The notes below the pieces were generated by a model. That model had not been told where the DNA came from. It saw only the letters and a program-made list of their open reading frames with translations, and did not search any database. From Thermoproteota archaeon (lineage in GTDB: Archaea > Korarchaeota > Korarchaeia > Korarchaeales > Korarchaeaceae): 38,870 nt of DNA. Positions 9,892 through 18,827 of the stretch are shown here, piece after piece (within the stretch, counting starts at the first letter, position 1; each line of letters starts with the position of its first letter). The position numbers and the translations under genes were made by a program. Location of the stretch: positions 1-38,870 of the forward strand of contig JAOZFG010000006.1 in NCBI GenBank assembly GCA_027491435.1, read 5' to 3'.

Positions 9892-12800
9892 ATGAATTAT
9901 CGAAAGGGCCTTTCTTTCACCTTACTAGTGGCGCTCTTAATAGCGATAAGGCTTATAGCGGTAACTGCTGAACCTATGAAGAAACCAAGCATCAAGATGC
10001 TTAAGGGAACCAAGGATTTTGAAGGCAAGCCAGTGGGGCCGCTGGACTTCACAATAAACGTAGTTGATAAGAAGTTTGAGCCACCGTCTTCCTTCGACCT
10101 CTCACAATTTCCTAAATCTGGACCGTACGTTAAGGCTATAGTTCAGTTCAAGGGACCCATACAGGAGCAATGGATTAAAGAAATAAGCAGTATGAACGTA
10201 AAGATAGAGAGTTACATACCTAACTTCGCCCTGCTGTTAAGCGTGCCCAGCGACAAGCTCGAGGCCTTAGCCAACAAGCCTTACGTTAGGTGGATGGGTC
10301 CCTACACCGAGGAGTACAAGGAGGGACCCCTGGTCAAGAAGATGTCGTTGCAGGCCGGGAAGCCAGTGACCCTTCTGGTCAAGGGATTCTCGACGTCTGA
10401 CGTCGAATCATTGAAGGCTGAAATAGAGGCTAAGGGTGGGAAAGTCATAAGGACTCTGCCCTTCAACGTTCTAATGGTAAGCATAGACGGGGGCAAGGTT
10501 CCAGAGCTCAAGGGAATTGAGTCGGTGATGGTATTCGACGTGATGAAGACAAAGACTTACTATGGTCCTCCTAAGGAGCTTAGAGGGAGGTTCTACGATC
10601 TGAATTTAACTAGGAACGAGGCTCCTAAGCCTAACAGCTACTTCGCCAACATGTTAACGGGGGTGCACTTCTTCACCTTGCTGACCGGCCTGAACGGGGC
10701 AGGTGAGGTAATAGCTATAGGGGACACTGGGCTTGACACGGGGGACGCCTTAGGAGTTGATGACGACGGCGATGGGTTGGTGGATGAGGACGGACCTGAC
10801 GGCACCTGGGTTAACAACGACGGTGACTACTTCATCAATGAGGATCCTCAGGACGACGATGGGGATGGGTTGGTGGATGAGGATCCCGTGAACGGGGTGG
10901 ACGATGATGGGGACTTCTACGTGGATGAAGACCCTGCACAAGGCGTAGATGAAGATAGTGATGGGTTGGTGGATGAGGATCCAATAAATGGTGCTGATGA
11001 TGACGGCGATGGGTTGGTGGATGAGGATCCTGCTGGCATTGACAACGACTGGGATGGGTTGGTGGATGAGGATCCCGTTGAGCTTGGCGTGGACAATGAC
11101 GGCGATGGGTTGGTGGATGAGGATCCTGCTGGCATTGACAACGACGGTGACGGGCTTGTAAATGAGGATCCTTACGACGACGATGGAGATGGAAGGTTAA
11201 ACGAAGATCCAATGAATTATGGAGACAACGATGGTGACGGAAATACTGATGAGGATGGCATGTCTGACGACGCCTCATGTGGTCTGCCAGATCTTGATGG
11301 GGACAGGTTCTGGTGGTACGACAACGACGACGGTGATTTCTTCATCGATGAAGATGGAATAACTCCGGGAGTTGACGGCTATCCTGGCGTTGATGATGAC
11401 GGCGATGGGTTGGTGGATGAGGATCCTGCTGGTTGTGACAACGACGGTGATGGATTAGTTAATGAAGATCCTGCTCCTGGCGAAGACGATGACGGTGATG
11501 GGATCGCAGATGAGGATCCGATACCTTACTTCGACGAGGATAACGATGGGTTGGTGGATGAGGATCCAATAAATGGTGCTGATGATGACGGCGATGGGTT
11601 GGTGGATGAGGATCCTAAAGGAATTGACAACGACGGTGATGGGTTGGTGGATGAGGACACCGAAATATGGCCTGATTTCGTGGGCAAGATAGTAGCTGCT
11701 TATGACGCCACTGAGCTATATTCCAGCGACGGAGCCTTTGAGGACTTCCATTACCACGGAACTCACGTGGCTGGCACAGCTGCAGGTTATGGGCTAAGCT
11801 CCCTAGGCAAGTATGGGGGGGCTGGAGCTAAAGCTTTCTTCCCGCCAGTTACCGGAGCTGCTCAAGGGGCTAAAATAGCGGTAGTCAGGTTATTCGGCGA
11901 CTTAACCAGGTGGGAAGTCAATTACTTGTACACTGATGAGTGGTCCGCCTTTGCCAGGGTTATGAGGGCCAGTGGAGCTAAGATATTATCTAATTCATGG
12001 GGATACCCAGCTGCTGGAGAGTACAGTCTATACGAGGCCTTATGGGATGCCTTCGTAAAGGGCGGAACTGACTGGGACGGTGACTCACTGCCTGAGCCCT
12101 CAGTCACGGTGGTGTTCGCGGCCGGCAATGAGGGACCTGGTCCAACCACCATAGGAGGGCCTGCAACTGCTAAGAACGTCATAACAGTTGGGTCCACCAG
12201 AAACGTATGGTTTGGCTTAGATCCAACTACGGTATCTGATTTCAGCTCGAGAGGGCCAACGGCTGACGGTAGAATAAAGCCCGACGTGTGCGCTCCCGGT
12301 GAATACGTGATGAACGACTTTACCGGCATGTACTACTATGGTTGGTACCTTCCCGAGCCCATTCAGAGATATCATATCTGGCTAGCTGGAACGAGCATGG
12401 CCACTCCTCAGGTAGCTGGGATCGCAGCGATTGTAAGGCAGGCCTTCAAGCTCCTCTATGGGGTAGACTTGCAACCTCCAACCGTGAAGGCCATACTGGT
12501 TGCCTCAAGCGATTGGATGGGACGTGATCCCACAGCGGACTCTGACGGAAATGGCGTGCCTGACATTTACGACTACGGCTTCGGCAAGGTTGACATGATA
12601 TACTTCCTCAACTACTTAGCGAGCATAAATAGTGGCTTGGCAGTCTGCGATGAGTGCCTCGAACTTTCTACAAACTGGACCGCCAACTTTGAAATAACTG
12701 TAGAGGACTCAAGCATGCCCTTAAGGGTAGCTATAGCCTGGAACGATCCGCCTCAGTGGGTTCCCAGCGAGAAGGCCTTGGTAAACGACTTCGACCTTAT

Positions 12801-13143
12801 AGTCATAGCCCCTGACGGCACTGAATACCACGGCAATGACTTCACCGCCCCCTACAACGACTACACAGATCACGTGAACAACGTGGAGCTCGTTCACATA
12901 AATAACCCGACTCCTGGGACCTACAAGATAAAGGTGTTCGCCTACAACATGGTCGGAGATCCTCCGTTCTCATTGTCAGTGGCCGGAAGCATCTCAGGAA
13001 CTAACATAGGGGTTGGAAACTTCATAGGCCTGCCCAACGTGTATGTGGGTGGGGTGGCCGAAGTGGACACCGCTACAATAGTTGCAGTGATACTGCTGCT
13101 TCTCATGGCTGCTGTGGCCATTTACTTAGTGAGAAAGTCTTAA
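9892..13143 (+). CDS. Secreted, C-terminally anchored S8 subtilase (KP-43-like) with a large Asp-rich repeat insert
   Basis: Signal peptide and propeptide; catalytic D278 (IGDTG), H622 (HGTHVAG) and S835 (GTSMATP); AAGNEG oxyanion motif; KP-43-like C-domain (IAWNDPP...LVNDFDL...NNVE); C-terminal TM helix plus RKS. Confidence 0.92.
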   Translation: MNYRKGLSFTLLVALLIAIRLIAVTAEPMKKPSIKMLKGTKDFEGKPVGPLDFTINVVDKKFEPPSSFDLSQFPKSGPYVKAIVQFKGPIQEQWIKEISSMNVKIESYIPNFALLLSVPSDKLEALANKPYVRWMGPYTEEYKEGPLVKKMSLQAGKPVTLLVKGFSTSDVESLKAEIEAKGGKVIRTLPFNVLMVSIDGGKVPELKGIESVMVFDVMKTKTYYGPPKELRGRFYDLNLTRNEAPKPNSYFANMLTGVHFFTLLTGLNGAGEVIAIGDTGLDTGDALGVDDDGDGLVDEDGPDGTWVNNDGDYFINEDPQDDDGDGLVDEDPVNGVDDDGDFYVDEDPAQGVDEDSDGLVDEDPINGADDDGDGLVDEDPAGIDNDWDGLVDEDPVELGVDNDGDGLVDEDPAGIDNDGDGLVNEDPYDDDGDGRLNEDPMNYGDNDGDGNTDEDGMSDDASCGLPDLDGDRFWWYDNDDGDFFIDEDGITPGVDGYPGVDDDGDGLVDEDPAGCDNDGDGLVNEDPAPGEDDDGDGIADEDPIPYFDEDNDGLVDEDPINGADDDGDGLVDEDPKGIDNDGDGLVDEDTEIWPDFVGKIVAAYDATELYSSDGAFEDFHYHGTHVAGTAAGYGLSSLGKYGGAGAKAFFPPVTGAAQGAKIAVVRLFGDLTRWEVNYLYTDEWSAFARVMRASGAKILSNSWGYPAAGEYSLYEALWDAFVKGGTDWDGDSLPEPSVTVVFAAGNEGPGPTTIGGPATAKNVITVGSTRNVWFGLDPTTVSDFSSRGPTADGRIKPDVCAPGEYVMNDFTGMYYYGWYLPEPIQRYHIWLAGTSMATPQVAGIAAIVRQAFKLLYGVDLQPPTVKAILVASSDWMGRDPTADSDGNGVPDIYDYGFGKVDMIYFLNYLASINSGLAVCDECLELSTNWTANFEITVEDSSMPLRVAIAWNDPPQWVPSEKALVNDFDLIVIAPDGTEYHGNDFTAPYNDYTDHVNNVELVHINNPTPGTYKIKVFAYNMVGDPPFSLSVAGSISGTNIGVGNFIGLPNVYVGGVAEVDTATIVAVILLLLMAAVAIYLVRKS
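10759..11658 (+). repeat. In-frame acidic tandem repeats (about 18 x DxDGDGLVDEDP), including ten identical GATGGGTTGGTGGATGAGGA 20-mers
   Basis: Identical 20-mers at 10771, 10864, 10960, 11008, 11053, 11104, 11404, 11545, 11593 and 11638; all spacings are multiples of 3. Confidence 0.95.
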
Positions 13144-13149
13144 CTCTTC

Positions 13150-14130
13150 CTACTTTTTTAATATGTAGTACTTTGTTGGAATAAACCTAAACGTAGTTTC
13201 AGGTTTTTCCTTAAGCAGCACTTCTACGATCCTCCCTAGGGCGTTCGCCTTGATCCTGTAGCCCGCCTTGTCACGGGCCATCACCTTAACCCTAGCTTCT
13301 ATACCTTCTTCGGAAAGTTCAACGTTTTCTGGGAAGAAAGCTATCTTCAACCCCCTAAGATCCTTAGGAAAGCCTCCTCTCTCTGGAATCGAGAGAACGT
13401 TGGCCCCCAGAAATAAGGCCACCTCCTCATACCTTGGGTCCGATAGGACCTCCTCTACAGGGCCCTCCCTCACAACCCTACCTTCCATCATAAGGACAAG
13501 TTTTTCCGCCAAGGTTAGGGCCTCATGATGATCGTGTGTCACGTAGATCACGGTAAACTTGTTCTCGCTGAAGAGCTCCCTCATTTCCCATAATAGCTCC
13601 TCCCTGAGCATGTAATCTAGTGAACCGAAAGGCTCATCCATTAGGAGTACCTCTGGTCCCGGCGCCAGGGCCCTGGCTATGGCTACTCTCTGCCTTTGAC
13701 CTCCGCTAAGCTGATGTGGGTACCTGTCATCTAGCCCTTCCAGCTTGAGCATCCTCAAGTATTCTCGGGCTATAAGCTTAGCTTCGGAGAAGCTTTTTCC
13801 CCTAACTTCTAACCCGAAAGTCACGTTTCTCAGCACCGTTAAGTGGGGGAATAGGGCTAGGTCTTGAAACACGAAGCCTACATTCCTTTTGGCCGGTGGC
13901 AAGCTTAATACAGAACTTCCATCGAATAGAACGTCTCCCTCATCGGGAAACTCCAGTCCAGCTATCACTCTTAGTGTGGTGGTTTTACCGCAGCCGCTAG
14001 GCCCTAGGAGGGCGGTAATGCCTGTGTGAGCTGTAAAGCTAACACCCTTTAAGACCTGTTGTCTCCCGAACCTCTTGTGAACCCCTTTCACTTGGACTTC
14101 AACCACTTCATCCTCGCCTCCACAGCCCAC
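13150..14130 (-). CDS. thiQ: Thiamine ABC transporter ATP-binding protein
   Basis: GPSGCGKT, LSGGQRQR and LLMDEP motifs; last gene of the TPP-riboswitch operon. The true start is probably slightly downstream. Confidence 0.85.
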   Translation of the reverse strand: MGCGGEDEVVEVQVKGVHKRFGRQQVLKGVSFTAHTGITALLGPSGCGKTTTLRVIAGLEFPDEGDVLFDGSSVLSLPPAKRNVGFVFQDLALFPHLTVLRNVTFGLEVRGKSFSEAKLIAREYLRMLKLEGLDDRYPHQLSGGQRQRVAIARALAPGPEVLLMDEPFGSLDYMLREELLWEMRELFSENKFTVIYVTHDHHEALTLAEKLVLMMEGRVVREGPVEEVLSDPRYEEVALFLGANVLSIPERGGFPKDLRGLKIAFFPENVELSEEGIEARVKVMARDKAGYRIKANALGRIVEVLLKEKPETTFRFIPTKYYILKK

Positions 14131-15623
14131 TTCAGGCCCAAGTAGAGGGAAGTCAGGAACACAACCAATACGGACATTATAGAGGCCATCTGAAACCTCC
14201 TGGCCCCAGCGTACTTCAAAGTGGCTACTGTCAGCGTTTGTGTCTCTGTTGAAGCTAGGAAGTAGCTGGCCGTGGTCTCCGAGGTGGCCAACGCCAGTGA
14301 GTAGAAGAGCCCTACCATAAGTGCTGGCCTAGCTACGGCCAGGCCTACCTTAATTAGGGCGTCATGCCTAGACATTCCAAGGGTTTCGGCCGCCTCGATT
14401 ACCTCCGGGGAGAGCCCAGATATTCCGGCGTTGATGGCCCTCAAGGTGAAGGGCAATGCTATGAATACGTAGGTCAAGATCATGAGGATCCACCTGGGCA
14501 TCGACCTGGATAGCATGAAGAGACCTAGAGCCAGAGTTATGGAGGAGGTTCCCAAGGGAAGGGATGTTGTAGCTAGGATAGCTTTTCTCATCCTGGATGA
14601 GAGCGCGAACAGCGTGCTCAGCAGAAACACCATCAGGGTGGACTCAGTGGAGAGCACTATCGTGTTGACCAGAGGGACCAGGGGGTGGGTTCCGAGGGTG
14701 GGATCGTAGCTGAGGAGCTTGGCCCACTCACCCAAGTTCAAGGAGCCGGACATAGGATCGTAAAGAGACCTAATTAAAAGGTAGGAGAGGGGCAGTAAAG
14801 AGAAGGTGGCCGTGAGCCAAGGGTACACTGAGGCCAGCATCGACTTCTTCCTCCTCCTGACCTCTAAGGTGCTGACCTCCCTCTCCCTCATGAAGAGTAC
14901 GAGGGACATGGTCACGAGCAATTGTAGAATTGCCACGGCTGACGCCTTGTTAGGGTTCATGAGCACCTTGTAGAGGGAGTATATCTCCACCTCCAAGGTC
15001 CTGTATCTGGGGCCACCGAGTAACAGGGGTATGGCAAAGCTGGTGAAGCTTAGGGCAAACGTCAGGAGGAACCCGTAAGCGATCCCCTTGATAGCTAGTG
15101 GTGCTATCAGCCTTCTGAACCTATCAAACCAGTCAGCCCCTAGTACCTCGGCTGCCTCCTCTAGCCTCTCACTAACCGTGGACAGGGAAGATGATACCAT
15201 CTGAGCTACCATCCCAAAGTTGAAGTAAGCGTGGGCCAGGACTATTGGGATCCAACCTCTAGGCATGAGGCCAGCGTTAACCAGAAGTAAGAATGCCAGA
15301 GCTACCGTGGATGAGGGGAGTGTGAAGGGTAAGGTGGTGAAGGCTTCTACCAGCTTTCGGCCGGGGTAATCGTAAGTGGAGTTCACGTATCCCAGAGGAG
15401 TGGCTATCATCACGGTTATAAGGCCGCTCAACAGGGCTTGCCACACAGAGAAGCGGAGGGACCTAATCACAGCTGGGTCCAGGATTTCTCCTAAATGAGG
15501 CAACCCTTCCACGAGTATCCTACCTGAGGACAACGCCCAAAAAAGTAGGATGAAGGTGAGCACGGATAGACCAGCGATTAATTCCAGAAATCCTGCCCTC
15601 AAGACCCTACTACCTTCCTCCAC
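14088..15623 (-). CDS. thiP: Thiamine ABC transporter permease (two fused TM modules)
   Basis: Multiple TM helices, two EAA loops (EEAAEVLGA, IEAAETLGM) and the ThiP-like LAHAYFN and TLEVEIY motifs. Confidence 0.87.
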   Translation of the reverse strand: MEEGSRVLRAGFLELIAGLSVLTFILLFWALSSGRILVEGLPHLGEILDPAVIRSLRFSVWQALLSGLITVMIATPLGYVNSTYDYPGRKLVEAFTTLPFTLPSSTVALAFLLLVNAGLMPRGWIPIVLAHAYFNFGMVAQMVSSSLSTVSERLEEAAEVLGADWFDRFRRLIAPLAIKGIAYGFLLTFALSFTSFAIPLLLGGPRYRTLEVEIYSLYKVLMNPNKASAVAILQLLVTMSLVLFMREREVSTLEVRRRKKSMLASVYPWLTATFSLLPLSYLLIRSLYDPMSGSLNLGEWAKLLSYDPTLGTHPLVPLVNTIVLSTESTLMVFLLSTLFALSSRMRKAILATTSLPLGTSSITLALGLFMLSRSMPRWILMILTYVFIALPFTLRAINAGISGLSPEVIEAAETLGMSRHDALIKVGLAVARPALMVGLFYSLALATSETTASYFLASTETQTLTVATLKYAGARRFQMASIMSVLVVFLTSLYLGLKWAVEARMKWLKSK

Positions 15624-16702
15624 TCCTCCAACCAGCTCTTAAGTTCTTTACCGATTTCCTCTGTGGAGATGATCTTATTCATTAGCTCCACCTTCAGCGG
15701 ATCTATTGCGTACTTCTTGAACTCATTGGGCAGTTCCACCTTGGAGCTGGCAGGATACATCCAGTTGTTCAAGGGGATGAGCGACTGCACCCTCGGCGAG
15801 AGGAAGTAATCTATGAACTTCTTAGCCAGCTCCGGGTGCTTAGATCCCTTTACAAGCCCTATGCCTTCTATCTGCAGCCACCCGTAGCTCTTCCCCTTAT
15901 ACTTTATCAGGGTGGCCCTGTACCTGGTCTCGTTGTAAAAGTGATAAGAGTAGGCTCCATCGGTTCCGTAACTGATCACTATAGGCCTGCCCTGCTTCTC
16001 GTCCAGGAAGACGTCATAGGCGTCTCCCCAGCTACCGACTATCATTAACCCGTTGTCAACTGCCTCTTTCCACCACTGCCTCCAGTCGCCCCCGACCATC
16101 TTATAGTAAGCTATTTCCCATAGCAGGAAGCTGAGTCCCGTGCTACTTAGAGTTGGATCCTCGGCGACCAGCTTGGAGGCGAGCTCTGGTGATTTGAGAT
16201 CGTCAAAGGACAGGGATTCTACTAGATCCGGCGAAATTCTCTTGGAGTCGTACACCAGAGCTATTAACCCGTAGTCGTAAGGAACCACGTGAAGCGATGG
16301 ATCCAAAGACTTTACAAGCCAATCGTACACGTCGTCCAAGTTTGCTGGCCTATAAGGCTCTAAGACCCCTGCCTGTATAGCTTCATGCACGAGCACGTTG
16401 TCAATCCCTATTATCACGTCAGCCTGAGGATCGTCCTTCTCTTCGATCAAAGCTAAAAGCGCCGACCTGGCATCGTCAAATTCTCTAACCTCCACCTTAC
16501 AGTTGTATTTCTCTTCGAAATAACCAAAGACTGCCTGTCTAGTGGCGTTGGGGTCATCTCCCCATTTTAGGAGGCTCTCGTATGTGTATATGACCAGCCT
16601 GTCCTCTCCCTTGCTTCCTCCCAAGTAAAGCCAGTAAGCAACTCCTATGGCAAGTATCACCAGTAAGAGAGCCAGGATCACCTTAGACGTGCTCCAGCTC
16701 AC
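15599..16702 (-). CDS. thiB: Thiamine ABC transporter substrate-binding protein
   Basis: N-terminal membrane anchor; IYTYES, ADVIIGIDN, PYDYG, DPTLSSTG, QIEG and NNWMYP (TbpA-like). I prefer GTG at 16702 as start over 16726 because a GGGAGG SD lies about 10 nt upstream. Confidence 0.9.
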   Translation of the reverse strand: MSWSTSKVILALLLVILAIGVAYWLYLGGSKGEDRLVIYTYESLLKWGDDPNATRQAVFGYFEEKYNCKVEVREFDDARSALLALIEEKDDPQADVIIGIDNVLVHEAIQAGVLEPYRPANLDDVYDWLVKSLDPSLHVVPYDYGLIALVYDSKRISPDLVESLSFDDLKSPELASKLVAEDPTLSSTGLSFLLWEIAYYKMVGGDWRQWWKEAVDNGLMIVGSWGDAYDVFLDEKQGRPIVISYGTDGAYSYHFYNETRYRATLIKYKGKSYGWLQIEGIGLVKGSKHPELAKKFIDYFLSPRVQSLIPLNNWMYPASSKVELPNEFKKYAIDPLKVELMNKIISTEEIGKELKSWLEEWRKVVGS

Positions 16703-16759
16703 TCCCCCCAACCCTCCCGCAGACACCGGGGGGAGTTGGGATCGGCATAAGGAGCTGCC

Positions 16760-16864
16760 GCGGGCACGCTCCCTACGCCGGCATTACCCGGATCAGGTTC
16801 GAGGGGTCGGCGGCAGACTAGCCGCCCTCTCAGCCGGGTTCACCCCAGCTCCCCCGGTGCCCGC
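16760..16864 (-). ncRNA. TPP riboswitch (THI box) aptamer
   Basis: Minus strand reads GCGGGCAC-CGGGGGAGC...GCTGAGAGGGCGGC...GCCGCCGACCCCTCGAACCTGATCCGGGTAATGCCGGCGTAGGGAGC-GTGCCCGC. It has the conserved CUGAGA and ACCUGAU/UAAUGC/GCGUAGGGA cores, a perfect 8-bp P1, and lies directly upstream of a thiamine transporter. Confidence 0.95.
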
Positions 16865-16884
16865 CACTAAAGTGGGAAGTAAAG

Positions 16885-16900
16885 AAATAAAAATCCTTAC
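16885..16900 (-). promoter_or_regulatory. Putative BRE/TATA promoter of the riboswitch-thiBPQ transcript
   Basis: Minus-strand GTAAGGA-TTTTTATTT about 20-30 nt upstream of the aptamer P1. Confidence 0.45.
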
Positions 16901-16923
16901 CGGCGACTAGGTGGGGACCCTAC

Positions 16924-18252
16924 TTGTGGAGAGTAGCCCTTATATCTCTAATTTTTCTAATTTTAAGTCAGGGATGGGTCGTAGTAATCGATAGGAATGG
17001 CTATGAGGAAGTTAAAGATATAGAGATTATAGACAATGGTTTAGTTGTCGTGGGCCACGTGGTCTACTCTAAACAGGTGGACGGTATCGTGCTCTTTCTT
17101 GATGATTCGGGCAGTCTAGAGAAGTATCTTAGGGTAGACGTTGGATATGATGAGTACCTCACGTCTATCTGCGATCTGGGAAATAGGATTGTCATAGCTG
17201 GGTATGTTAAGGGTAGGGAAAAGGCAGGCGTGATAGCCCTGAGCCTGAGCGGTAAGGGCGACCTCATTTGGGGAAGGATTTATAATGTTAAGGCTAAAGA
17301 TCTTAAAATATTCTCATGTAGTAGGCTCAACAATTACTTAGTGCTGACGGGAAGCGTGTCTACAGGAGGTGATATGAACGCACTCATAGCCTTCCTTAAG
17401 GAGGACGGATCTCTGGTTAACATGACCTCCTTTGGGACGAACCTAGTTGAATGGGTCAACTCAGCCTACTCCACTGGAGGTAAACTCTTCTTAGCTGGAG
17501 GGGCCCTGACTGACTCCTCGGCGGACTTATGGTTGGCCGACTTTAAGCGAGGCAGAGTTTATCTGTTTAGTGAGGAGGGCTGGCAAGAGGCGTACTCCGT
17601 TAACGTCAGAGGCGATAAGATCCTGTTAGTGGGATCTACCAGCGACGGAGGGTGGGACGTCACGGCTTTAATGATCAAGGGGGGAGAGATACTCTGGGGA
17701 AAGAGGTACGGAACTCCTTACATGGATTTGGGATACGATAGTTGGCTAGGAGACAGCATCTACATCACCGGAGAAGTCAGATGCTTCGGGGGCGGATGTA
17801 ACGCCCTGTTAATGGAACTGAATGAGGATGGAGGTTTGATGAGCTCAACGGAGGTTGGAGGAGAGAACATGGAAAGGGGATACGCCTTGGATTCTGATGG
17901 GGAAAGGGTTTTCATTGCGGGCTACTCCGACTCATTCAGCCTAGACGTGTGGGGCGGAATACTAGTGGTTTCGGGAAGGGGCGGGTGTAAATCTGAGGAA
18001 ATCAACGTTACCTCTTTTGATGAGAATTATGATAAAAGGGTCCTTGAAGCTCATGTTAAATTAATTGAATGGAATGAAGAAAAAACAAGAGTGAAACTGA
18101 GTCAAGAGAGCCCTCACGTCAGGAATCCATGTCAAACAGACTTAGATAGGTTAATGGAGATTGTGGTTCCTTTACTGGCAATTATGGCATTTATGATTAC
18201 AATATACCTGAGTTGGAGGTTAATATTCAAAAGGTCAGGAGAAAGCAGTTAG
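16924..18252 (+). CDS. Secreted, membrane-anchored beta-propeller-like repeat protein
   Basis: Signal peptide; repeated blades (WGRIY, WGKRYG..D.GY, I.IAGY/ITGE); C-terminal TM helix plus basic tail. Confidence 0.7.
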   Translation: MWRVALISLIFLILSQGWVVVIDRNGYEEVKDIEIIDNGLVVVGHVVYSKQVDGIVLFLDDSGSLEKYLRVDVGYDEYLTSICDLGNRIVIAGYVKGREKAGVIALSLSGKGDLIWGRIYNVKAKDLKIFSCSRLNNYLVLTGSVSTGGDMNALIAFLKEDGSLVNMTSFGTNLVEWVNSAYSTGGKLFLAGGALTDSSADLWLADFKRGRVYLFSEEGWQEAYSVNVRGDKILLVGSTSDGGWDVTALMIKGGEILWGKRYGTPYMDLGYDSWLGDSIYITGEVRCFGGGCNALLMELNEDGGLMSSTEVGGENMERGYALDSDGERVFIAGYSDSFSLDVWGGILVVSGRGGCKSEEINVTSFDENYDKRVLEAHVKLIEWNEEKTRVKLSQESPHVRNPCQTDLDRLMEIVVPLLAIMAFMITIYLSWRLIFKRSGESS

Positions 18253-18765
18253 AAACTTTGACAGAGCTCTCCTAATGTTACGACTAACGGTGGACACGTG
18301 AACGCCCAGTTCATTTGCTAATTCAGTAAGGGATGTCCCCCTTCCATTTATGTTAAATAGCCCCCTTTCCAGCGCCATCTTTATGTATTTTATCTCAGTT
18401 TCAGTTATCTTTATTCTTTTTGTTAGCTCAGCAAATGGAAAATCTTTTCTAAATTCATCCGGATCACCTATGATGGTAACCTTAAGCCTTTCATTTCCTA
18501 GATCAGATACGTGTATTAATGTATAATTCTTAAATGATGCGTTGGCAAATAGGCACCTTTTCGATTTAACAGCTACTATATTTCCCTTTTGTGCAATAAT
18601 TTCATCCTTTATCTGATGACCGTTTTCACCTAGGACCTCCAGCCACAATATGGCAGAATCCTCCCTCTTCTCTATAAATAAATGTCTAACTTTACCTTCT
18701 AAATCAGTGTAAGGGCAATCGGTGTTATGGTATTCTGGAATTTCGAAGACGTGAAGGCACACCAA
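18235..18765 (-). CDS. HTH transcriptional regulator (Bat/HTH_10-like C-terminal domain)
   Basis: C-terminal ITETE...ALERGLF...SLTELANELGVHVSTVSRNIRRA. Confidence 0.8.
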   Translation of the reverse strand: MVCLHVFEIPEYHNTDCPYTDLEGKVRHLFIEKREDSAILWLEVLGENGHQIKDEIIAQKGNIVAVKSKRCLFANASFKNYTLIHVSDLGNERLKVTIIGDPDEFRKDFPFAELTKRIKITETEIKYIKMALERGLFNINGRGTSLTELANELGVHVSTVSRNIRRALSKFLTAFS

Positions 18766-18827
18766 CTTACATACCCGTTTAGTAATATCAAGCTTAATTT
18801 AAATGTGTCATCTTTGAATGTGAAGCG

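Noticed and set aside
10835-11278. Antisense His/Pro/Arg-rich and Ser-rich repeat ORFs
   Set aside because: Shadow frames of the acidic repeat in the subtilase gene.
10771-11657. CRISPR-like array of identical 20-mers
   Set aside because: Spacings are irregular and all multiples of 3, the 'spacers' resemble each other, the repeats are in frame within a protease gene, and there are no cas genes.
16647-16910. 87-aa plus-strand ORF
   Set aside because: Antisense to the TPP riboswitch and the thiB start; open only because of high GC.
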